Notes under the pieces: generated by a model
Database searches by the model: none
Told to the model about the DNA's origin: nothing
The model's input: the letters and a program-made list of their open reading frames with translations, nothing else
Position numbers and translations under genes: made by a program
Shown here: positions 56,268 through 64,000 of the stretch, one piece after another
Layout: every line of letters starts with the position of its first letter
Position numbering within the stretch: position 1 is the first letter of the stretch
Assembly (NCBI GenBank): GCA_050293845.1
Contig: JBNKNM010000002.1
Span: 18,045-82,044 of the forward strand
Origin: Pseudobacteriovorax sp.
GTDB lineage: Bacteria; Bdellovibrionota_B; Oligoflexia; Oligoflexales; Oligoflexaceae
DNA: 64,000 nt
Direction: 5' to 3'

Positions 56268-57872
56268 TCATGAAGATGGTGTTTGCTGATGCGGCTCGAC
56301 TGTGTCCGTTGGATATTTTTTTTCATGTTGAAGCCCCACATAAAGGGTAAAGCACATAATCAGCAATACCAAAGTAAAAGGCAAGCCCACTGAGATAGCA
56401 GCAGCTTGCAAAGCCCCTAGTGCATCTGACCCACCACCGACTAATAGAGCAATGGCAATAATCCCCTCCATAGTCGCCCAGAAGATCCTTTGGGGGACAG
56501 GAGCATCCAGTTTCCCACCTGCTGTGATACTGTCGATCACCAAGGACCCAGAATCGGAAGAAGTGACAAAAAATACTAGCACCAACACGATACCGATAAA
56601 TGAGGTCACCGACGATAGGGGGAGATTTTCGAGCATATGAAACAGCGCTAACGATACTTCGGTAATACCACCAGCAAGCTGACCCACACCGGCTTCAACC
56701 TGATTTAACGCGGAGCCTCCAAATGCTGTCATCCAAACGAGGGTAACAAAGGTAGGGACTAGCAGCACTGCGGTGATAAACTGACGAATGGTGCGTCCTT
56801 TGGAAATTCTGGCGATAAACATCCCCACAAACGGAGACCAGGAGATCCACCAGGCCCAATAAAACACAGTCCAGCCATGGTAGAAAGTCTCGTCTTCGCG
56901 TCCGATCCAGTTGCTGAGGGGAATCAGGTTAGTGAGATAGTCTGTCGTGGTTGTCATGAAGCTGCCAAAAAATCCCAGGCCTTGCCCGAGCACAATCACG
57001 AACATTAAGAGCAAGAAAGCTATAGCCATATTGATATTGCTTAGGATCTTGACACCACCATCGAGGCCTCGGATTACGGAGGCCAATGCCACCGACGTCA
57101 CACAAACGATAATGATAATCTGTAAATTGATATCAGCAGTAAAACCAAATAGGAAGTGCAGGCCACTGGCGGCTTGCTTAGCACCAAAGCCTAGGGATGT
57201 AGCCAATCCAAAAATGGTAGCGAGTACGGCAATCACGTCGATGAAATGACCAAACCAGCCCCAGCAGCGATCTTTAAGAATAGGATAGAATGCGGAACGA
57301 ATGGTTAGGGGCAGATCCTTATTGTAAGTAAAAAAGGCAAGCGATAAACCAACCACCGCATAGATGGCCCAAGGGTGGAGCCCCCAATGGAACATGGTTG
57401 CACCCATGGCTTTGCGTGCTGCTTCTGCAGTGTGAGCTTCCACATTCAAGGGTGTGCCGTACCATCCCGTGTAGTAAGCTGTAGGCTCAGCCACACTCCA
57501 GAACATCAACCCGATACCCATACCTGCTGCAAATAGCATGGCGAACCAGGAAAAAACCGAATATTCAGGTTTGGCATCCTTTCCACCTAAACGAATGCTG
57601 CCTACGGGCATGATGATCAGTGCGAGGCAGAAAAGAACAAAAATATTGCCTCCTACAATAAAAAACCAGTCAAAGTTACTAATAGACCAGCTTTTTGCGC
57701 TATCGAAAACACTCTTGGCATCGCTAGGAAATAATAGGGTAGAGACAACAAAAAACAATACCAGAAAACTGGAAATAATAAATACGGGATTGTGAATATC
57801 CATTCCCCAGCGGCGGATATTATCCTGTCCAATGGTATAATCGGTTTCATAAAGTTCTGGCACGATTGTCAC
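56268..57872 (-). CDS. BCCT family transporter (glycine betaine type)
   Basis: SWFAMLFAAGMGIGLMFW, HWGLHPWAIY, WTVFYWAWWISWSPFVGMFIARISKGRT and FFVTSSDS motifs. Confidence 0.96.
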   Translation of the reverse strand: MTIVPELYETDYTIGQDNIRRWGMDIHNPVFIISSFLVLFFVVSTLLFPSDAKSVFDSAKSWSISNFDWFFIVGGNIFVLFCLALIIMPVGSIRLGGKDAKPEYSVFSWFAMLFAAGMGIGLMFWSVAEPTAYYTGWYGTPLNVEAHTAEAARKAMGATMFHWGLHPWAIYAVVGLSLAFFTYNKDLPLTIRSAFYPILKDRCWGWFGHFIDVIAVLATIFGLATSLGFGAKQAASGLHFLFGFTADINLQIIIIVCVTSVALASVIRGLDGGVKILSNINMAIAFLLLMFVIVLGQGLGFFGSFMTTTTDYLTNLIPLSNWIGREDETFYHGWTVFYWAWWISWSPFVGMFIARISKGRTIRQFITAVLLVPTFVTLVWMTAFGGSALNQVEAGVGQLAGGITEVSLALFHMLENLPLSSVTSFIGIVLVLVFFVTSSDSGSLVIDSITAGGKLDAPVPQRIFWATMEGIIAIALLVGGGSDALGALQAAAISVGLPFTLVLLIMCFTLYVGLQHEKKYPTDTVEPHQQTPSS

Positions 57873-58577
57873 TCCTTTAATTGGGGGGCTTCGTTCAAAA
57901 AACCGTTCTAGAATTCCGGCAAATCGTTTGAAGCCTCAAACTAACATTGGTATACGAGACAAATGCTTGATGCATTGACTAAATACGAGTTTCTTTGATG
58001 GTGGAAAAACACACAGGTTATATCCATTACTAGTTTTTTTTAAACTGACAAAGTAAAAAAATATAATCAAAAAATTTGACTGATACCGTCCATACTATTG
58101 GTTCAATACAAATTAATAAAAAACTGTTGTGCCGTTCCGAGCAACTTCTGCAAAGTTTCAAAAATAATCTGCAGTTTATTTTAAAAGAGCTTCAGCCTAT
58201 AAATACCGCTCATAGACAGTATATTCGCGAGCATTGATTAATGGGTTCCGCGATAAATAAATGCGAAGTATTGTGTGAGAGCTGACAGTACACCATCACA
58301 CACCAGTGCACAAATCATATATACATCGTTCCAATCTCACGTTGCAAATTCGGCTGAAATTCGTAATTGACGTGCCCTTGTAAACAACAGCAGCCTAGCA
58401 AAAAGTGAATTTACATGCTAGGTATTCTTCAGTGAAGGGCTTGACTCATACATAGGTACGATGAATCTACCGGAGTTGGCTATATTCAAGAGAGCTGGAT
58501 TCATTTTCCACAGGCTACCTTTTAAAAGTTCGCAAGACTCTAATTATTAAGTTGTATAATACTGTTGAGGTAAGGAT

Positions 58578-59795
58578 ATGAGATACTTTCAATCGCATAG
58601 CGCAGAGGTTTATCGGTACGTTGTATATTGCGGAATTTTATGGAGTGGGTTATCTGCAACAGTGCATGCCGAGGAAACCCCTGTCAGCAACGATATTTTG
58701 CTACCCTTGGCTGGGGGGCAATTAAAAGTTGGCGGTGCAATACGGGCTAACTTTGCCTTGGGGGACTATCCTGAAAGTGCAGGAGCGTCGCGAGCAGCGG
58801 AGGACGGTGGTAATTTTACACTCGATACCTATCGCATTAACCTTGACTACAGCAACGGCAATATGCTCGGTAAGCTAGAATATCGCTGGTATAATGGCTA
58901 CAATTTTTTGCATACTGCTTGGCTGGGCTATAATTTTTCCGAGCAAGGAAAGTTGCAGGTCGGTGTGAATCGGGTACCCTTTGGCCCAGGGCCTTACGGT
59001 GTGTCTCAGAGCTGGTTTTTCGACCAACACTATTATCTAGGACTCTCCGATGACATGGATCTCGGCGTCAAATACTCGGGAAAATCAGGAAGCCTGAGCT
59101 ATGACATCGCCTACTACTATTCAGATGAAGGCACACATACCGGTGCGACAAGAAAGAGTGCCCGCTATTCCTACGATGTGGTCAATGAGTCCGGTAAGGG
59201 ATATGAAGAGCGCAATCAGTTTAACTTCCGTGCAATAAGTCACTTTGATGGCAGCATAGCTAGTGATCTTGGTATCTCATTACAATACGGCGAGCTAGAA
59301 AGCCAGGGAACCCAGAAAGATGGCGACCATATGGCCTATTCACTGCATATGATCAATAAGTGGCAGAGTTTTACCCTAGCCAGCCAGTTCACATACTTCG
59401 CATTCAATGTAGATGGGAGTCAAGCGCTGGGCGTCGATACCCTCGTGCAAATGGGTGCCTACGACTTCCCCAGTACAGCCGCGGCAGAGGGTTTGATACC
59501 TGCCATTTCATTGAGTCACTACCAGAAGGTTACCAGCGTTCCTTGGCTGGACTATGTGATTCCCTATCTGGAATACAGCTCTGTTATCAAGAGCGAAAGC
59601 GATTTCAATGACAGCGAGCTGGCAACGCTCGGAGCGGCTTGGGGGCACGGAGGATGGTATATATATACTGATTTGGTGTTCTCCAATGGTAACGAGTTTG
59701 TCGGTGGTGACACATCCTATGGCGACCGTTTAGGTGCCAATGCCGATAATGATTGGCTGAAACGCTTTAACATCAACTTTGGCTACTACTTTTAA
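58578..59795 (+). CDS. Outer-membrane porin-like beta-barrel
   Basis: Signal peptide (VHA/EE), alternating amphipathic strands, C-terminal FNINFGYYF; GAGG RBS. Confidence 0.8.
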   Translation: MRYFQSHSAEVYRYVVYCGILWSGLSATVHAEETPVSNDILLPLAGGQLKVGGAIRANFALGDYPESAGASRAAEDGGNFTLDTYRINLDYSNGNMLGKLEYRWYNGYNFLHTAWLGYNFSEQGKLQVGVNRVPFGPGPYGVSQSWFFDQHYYLGLSDDMDLGVKYSGKSGSLSYDIAYYYSDEGTHTGATRKSARYSYDVVNESGKGYEERNQFNFRAISHFDGSIASDLGISLQYGELESQGTQKDGDHMAYSLHMINKWQSFTLASQFTYFAFNVDGSQALGVDTLVQMGAYDFPSTAAAEGLIPAISLSHYQKVTSVPWLDYVIPYLEYSSVIKSESDFNDSELATLGAAWGHGGWYIYTDLVFSNGNEFVGGDTSYGDRLGANADNDWLKRFNINFGYYF

Positions 59796-60220
59796 CAGCC
59801 ATCATCCTAAGCCGAAAGGCTAAGAACCTCGCCGCCGGCTCAGGCGATGAGTTTGTTTCTAAAAGAGGTCAATGACTTCCTTAATCTGTAAAGGGAAGGG
59901 CCTCTCAGAAAAATCGGTTAGCACCATATTCCCCTTTTAAGTATTCTGAATAAATCATTCGACAAAGCAGGCAGGGTATAATCGTGCCGTCGACGGTTTT
60001 AGCAGGCTGGATAGTCACCTTTACTTAATCTTTTTAACCATTCTGGATGCAGTGCAGAATCTCCGCGGTGTATGTAGGTAGATTTGCCAACATATACAGC
60101 CAACATGGCAAAAACAATAAAATTTTTCTAGCAAAGCGCAATAAAACTACTTGAGCAACCGTCATGCTTTGTGAACATTGAAAAGAAAACTTTATCCCTT
60201 CCCGATCCATGGAGTTATGC

Positions 60221-61420
60221 ATGAAGAAAAAACTGCCTGTTTGCCTAGCCTTAATGTCAACACTTACCCTTGCTGCCTGCGGTGGAAAATCATCCAAGTC
60301 CGGCGGTGATGATCAACCTAAGTTGACCCCAAGTGGCGAAGTTCTGCCGCTTCATCCGATCGATCGAAGTGAAACGATCGCTAAATCCATCAATGATTTA
60401 AAAAGCGAGTTTGAGATCTTACCGAAAACTGTCCAGGCTCGCAAAACCCCCAGTAAATATTCTAAGATGAAATTTTTACATGACGCGCAAGTTTTTGCTG
60501 TAAATACTGACTCTGATGATGAGACAGGTGATGCTGAAGGATGGCACTTCGGCGAAGAGGGCGTACATGACTGTTCTGATGCATCCGGTCTCATCGATCA
60601 TGTATTTAACAGTTTGGAAAAGGGCTCTCTAGAAAAAGTACAAGAGCTTCTTGCGGAAGGCTCGAAAGCGGATAATGAAGAGAAGATCTTCGAAAAAGCG
60701 CTTGCCTACTTAGAAGCCGATAGTGAGGAAGTTGAAGTTGATGAAGGTGATGTCGATTCTGAAGGTGATATCAATTCTGGAGATTTTGTTCCAAACCTAG
60801 AAGATATTCTTAAAGTCAAAAGTTTAGCCAGCGAATCGTCGTCATTGGAGCTAGCGGGTACTCTCAAGGAAGATAGTGTATATGGTGCGTTCGACATGAG
60901 TCTAAACATTAAAGCGGGAAATAACGACAATGGTATCTATGCAGAAATTGCTAACACAAGTAGTGTGAGCATAGCCTTTTCTATGGGAACCTATAGTTTG
61001 AAAGGGGTGGGCCCTTCTGTGAACATAACAGATAGCTTGCATAGTATGTTTAATGCCGATGCTGTAGGTCAGGTTTTTAAAAAAGAAATCAAATTGAATT
61101 CAACAACCACAGCAGAAGCAGATGGTGAAAAGTATGCTACAGATATAGATGTGGAATTTTCCGTTGAAGTCGGAAAAGGAGAAGGAGCGCCTTACCTTAA
61201 ATTCCTAAGAAAGAGCCAAATAATCGCAACTGGTGAGAGTAATGAAACTGAAGAAACCCCTTATGTTGAGGAATCTTTCAAGCTAATCAAAACAGGTGAT
61301 CATGAGATTGTCGTAGAATACGAAACTCATGTTGATGAAAAGGAATCATTCAAATATAACTCAGTCATCACGGTTGATGAAGATGAGAGCTGCAAAATGG
61401 TCGTCGGAAAAAGCGAATAG
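60221..61420 (+). CDS. Highly acidic lipoprotein of unknown function
   Basis: GGAG RBS; MKKK...LAAC lipobox; Gly/Ser linker; D/E-rich body. Confidence 0.8.
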   Translation: MKKKLPVCLALMSTLTLAACGGKSSKSGGDDQPKLTPSGEVLPLHPIDRSETIAKSINDLKSEFEILPKTVQARKTPSKYSKMKFLHDAQVFAVNTDSDDETGDAEGWHFGEEGVHDCSDASGLIDHVFNSLEKGSLEKVQELLAEGSKADNEEKIFEKALAYLEADSEEVEVDEGDVDSEGDINSGDFVPNLEDILKVKSLASESSSLELAGTLKEDSVYGAFDMSLNIKAGNNDNGIYAEIANTSSVSIAFSMGTYSLKGVGPSVNITDSLHSMFNADAVGQVFKKEIKLNSTTTAEADGEKYATDIDVEFSVEVGKGEGAPYLKFLRKSQIIATGESNETEETPYVEESFKLIKTGDHEIVVEYETHVDEKESFKYNSVITVDEDESCKMVVGKSE

Positions 61421-61445
61421 TTAGCTGGTAGTTTAATTTTTGTCT

Positions 61446-61476
61446 AGGGTGCATCTAGATAGATGCGCCTTTTTTT
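61446..61476 (+). terminator. Rho-independent terminator
   Basis: GGTGCATCT-agat-AGATGCGCC (one G-U pair) followed by T7, just after the lipoprotein stop. Confidence 0.8.
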
Positions 61477-61674
61477 GATTTTGGAGGTATTCTAAACGTA
61501 AATCATGCTTCAGCTTTTCCAAAGATAAATTAATCTGTAGGTGCGACAGCCAGTGAGCCAGTTTCGAATCCGGTAGTGAATGCAACTCCCAATAAGAATT
61601 TCACTACAAATACAAACTACAATTCGATTCATGCTGAGTTAGTCTCAGGGAGTTATCATTAGTTTCAATTTTTC

Positions 61675-62145
61675 TCAATTTCGCAACACCTTCTCGAAGT
61701 GCACATGCTCTTTGTCTTCTTCACATGGCAACACAGTAAAACCCATCGCTTGATAAAACGGCACAGACTCTGGGTTATGAGTCCTTAACCTCAATTTATC
61801 AAAGTGTTTCGTGGAATGATCCACCAGCTTTTGCACGATTTGCTTTGCTATCCCCATTCTCCTGAAAGGTTTTGCAATATAGAGATGCCTAACCCGTCCG
61901 ACCTTAGGATCATCTAGATAGGGGTCAATATTAACTCCTCCTATGGCGATCGCTGTGGATAAATCGTTTTCTTTGTAGACTGCCAGCAGTATTTCACCTG
62001 TTTTTGTAAAACGATTTATACCTGAGGACCACTCATTCTGCATTTTCTGTAAGAACCGGTGGCCGTCCTGAAGTGCTTCGTCGCTCATGGCCGTAAAGTT
62101 CGTCGGTAAAGATGTAATTTGTTTGATTATCATGATCATTGTCAT
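61675..62145 (-). CDS. GNAT family N-acetyltransferase
   Basis: IGGVNIDPY, GRVRHLYI..FRRMGIA and FYQAMGF motifs. Confidence 0.9.
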   Translation of the reverse strand: MTMIMIIKQITSLPTNFTAMSDEALQDGHRFLQKMQNEWSSGINRFTKTGEILLAVYKENDLSTAIAIGGVNIDPYLDDPKVGRVRHLYIAKPFRRMGIAKQIVQKLVDHSTKHFDKLRLRTHNPESVPFYQAMGFTVLPCEEDKEHVHFEKVLRN

Positions 62146-62286
62146 TAGTCAGTTTTACTTACCCTGCTAATAATGATTGTACTCTACTAACGCCGAAGGA
62201 CGGAGCGTCAAAGCCATGAAATCAAACAAAGAAGTTCCCAAAAAAACTACTTAAATTCCCAATACAATTTATTTAAGTTAATTTCC

Positions 62287-62653
62287 TTAAAAGAGGATAT
62301 TCTGCATTGTCTTATGAGCATAGGTCATATTAGAAATTAGCGGTGATTTATACCTCTCGCGAACGTCTTGACTATCTCTGTTAAAGCTTTTATTGATATA
62401 CCGTGCCAAAAGCGAATTTACCGTTCTCATAAAATGGCCCAAAGCTTCGGTTGAAGCAGCTTTAACCAATAAATGAGCATGATTATCCATAAGCAAAAAT
62501 CAAAGATCTTAATATTATATTTTTCTTATATTTCACCCAGAGTAGCAAAAGTTAATTTTTAACATGCCTAGGTTTCAGTAAAAACTGCCTGTTGTGACAT
62601 CTGAAGTATACATGGGAATATGAGTTTGGCAATATCTGCTTTCTTGGATACAT
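62287..62653 (-). pseudogene. Decayed Y1 HUH transposase (RAYT/TnpA-REP-like, IS200 superfamily)
   Basis: From ATG 62653: MYPRKQILPNSYSHVYFRCHNRQFLL..., an in-frame TAA, two apparent 1-nt deletions, then LMDNHAHLLV...FMRTVNSLLARYINK...RERYKS; C-terminus truncated. Confidence 0.85.
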
Positions 62654-62902
62654 GATTGTAAAATTAACAGTTTTTAGGACTAGTTTCCAGTGACATTAAT
62701 TGGTTGCTGATGACTTATTTGGATAGAGCTTCGTATGTGGAAGCGCTCCGTTCAAAGAAATACATATGGAGAACTTTATGTGTTGACTATGAGCTTGTAC
62801 CAAAATGTAGGACACCTCAATCTAGACCATTACTGTTTATATCATGCGAGTACCCTGATCATGGTGCTAAAACGTGCCAAAATTCTGCCTTTGGAAACAT
62901 CT

Positions 62903-62938
62903 GTCAAGAACCCCCACCTGAAGGAGGGGGTACTTGAC
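62903..62938. repeat. IS200/IS605-end-like palindrome (REP/PATE-like)
   Basis: GTCAAGAACCCCCACC-TGAA-GGAGGGGGTACTTGAC; 14 of 16 pairs, bounded by GTCAA and TTGAC. Confidence 0.7.
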
Positions 62939-63486
62939 GATGATATAGATCTCGAGCCTGGAGATGAACCTTGGCGCGAATTAGAGGCGGCGATCTTTTC
63001 TCGACAGATTGGTATGAGAGAGAACACCAGCGTGGCAACTAGACCAGATTAATTCATTCTTTACATTCAAAAGGAAGGGGAACGCTCGTAAATTCAAGTG
63101 TTTTGGTTAGGCCTGGATCAATGGTTAGATGATTCCTTGAGGGGTAGTTGATGGATTTTTTGCTTGCTATGAAGGGAATCCTGCAGCCAATCTGCAGAGT
63201 ACATAGTGGTGCCAGAGTATGTACTAAATTGCGCTGCAAAAAAAACAATTCGCTTTTGTTCAAATCCTGCTTTTGTGAGCAGGATTTATTACAAAGCAGA
63301 TTTAAAGAATGATTAAAAAATATCCATCTTGAGCAATTCCATTTGGTTAGAATTTTGGTACCTTTATTGCTTACGGATAGTACCGACTTGTTCGGGAGGG
63401 CCGTGAAGAGATGATTCCTATTCCCGTAGGCTTTAGCCGTTGGGAGGTTTAGCGTAGGCCTTTTACCGTAGCACTAGGAGAAACAC

Positions 63487-64000
63487 ATGGCTCTTTTTAA
63501 AAGGAAACAATTCTATCTATCCGTCATTCTAATATTAATTGTTAATCCCTTGCTGATGGCTTATACACCACCAACTAATCATCGTATTAAGTACAGCTTC
63601 AACATCGGTTGGAAATTCAGCGAAAGCAACCCGCTTAATGCACAATCCCCAAGCTACAATGATTCAGGATGGGAAAATGTGACAACACCCCATACCTTTG
63701 TTGAGGACTATGCTTTTAAAATCGGTCACGATGACGAACCCTTTTACTCCGGCAGTATCGCCTGGTATCGAAAACACTTTACTCTGCCATCCGATCTATC
63801 GGGACGTAAAGTTTTTATTGAGTTTGAGGGCGCCCGCCAGGCAGCCGAGATTTATGTCAATGGAACATGGGTCGGTAGACACGAAAACGGTGTCTCTGCC
63901 TTTGGTTTTGATATTACCAGTCACCTTAATTTCGGATCCACAGAGAATGTTTTAGCGGTAAAAGTAGATAGCAGCCGACTTTATAGAGAAGTCGCAACAA
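63487..64000 (+). CDS. Secreted glycoside hydrolase family 2, N-terminal sugar-binding domain (cut by the window end)
   Basis: AGGAG RBS, signal peptide, FNIGWKF, W..V..PH, WYRKHF, IEFEGARQAAEIYVNG and FDIT motifs. Not in the ORF track. Confidence 0.9.
   Translation, partial: MALFKRKQFYLSVILILIVNPLLMAYTPPTNHRIKYSFNIGWKFSESNPLNAQSPSYNDSGWENVTTPHTFVEDYAFKIGHDDEPFYSGSIAWYRKHFTLPSDLSGRKVFIEFEGARQAAEIYVNGTWVGRHENGVSAFGFDITSHLNFGSTENVLAVKVDSSRLYREVAT

Noticed and set aside
57960..58120. Possible BetI operator upstream of the BCCT gene
   Set aside because: No convincing ATTGA-N-TCAAT dyad; only AT-rich partial matches.
59805..59850. AGCC-GAAA-GGCT GNRA hairpin, considered as a c-di-GMP riboswitch
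   Set aside because: The other conserved riboswitch elements are missing and it lies just 3' of the porin gene; more likely a 3' end structure.
60034..60297. 87-aa minus-strand ORF
   Set aside because: Overlaps the start of the lipoprotein gene on the opposite strand and has no motifs.
61552..61580. TTCGAATCC, resembling a tRNA T-loop or att-site fragment
   Set aside because: The flanks do not form a T-stem or acceptor stem and do not match either tRNA in the window.
62704..63263. Short ORFs 62704-62937, 62735-63052, 62842-63027 and 63054-63263
   Set aside because: No RBS or motifs; three overlap each other and run through the palindrome. Probably non-coding or debris.
63698..63955. 85-aa ORF in the track
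   Set aside because: An out-of-frame shadow of the GH2 gene starting at 63487.

Overview
A gene-dense bacterial chromosomal window. Gene content and the divergent protein style suggest Bdellovibrionota/Oligoflexia or a related deltaproteobacterial-type lineage; this is inference, not a database result. About 1-52 kb is mostly housekeeping: rplS, rnhB, yraN, ctaB, map, yacG, holA, ppx, ppk1, ribF, aroE, queG, tRNA-Phe-secG-tRNA-Leu, pilB-pilT-pilC, ihfA, a GldA/F/G-like ABC system, gpsA, pyc, mfd and two PPIases. From about 52 kb it is more accessory: a lipoprotein hydrolase / HEXXH lipoprotein / DUF3015 / DUF4105(Lnb-like) cluster, a BCCT transporter with a divergent porin, a decayed Y1 (RAYT-like) transposase with IS200/IS605-type palindromes nearby, and the start of a GH2 gene. 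The best candidates for something undescribed are: (1) a free-standing three-gene membrane module at 37956-39651 that looks like a miniaturised complex-I membrane arm (NuoJ/K-like, possible NuoL tail, shortened NuoN); (2) the DUF3015/DUF4105 cluster, whose His/Cys acyltransferase-like domain appears to sit on an outer-membrane beta-barrel; (3) a GHMP sugar kinase coupled to a lipid-anchored lytic transglycosylase. All family assignments come from reading motifs by eye. No CRISPR array or rRNA was seen.
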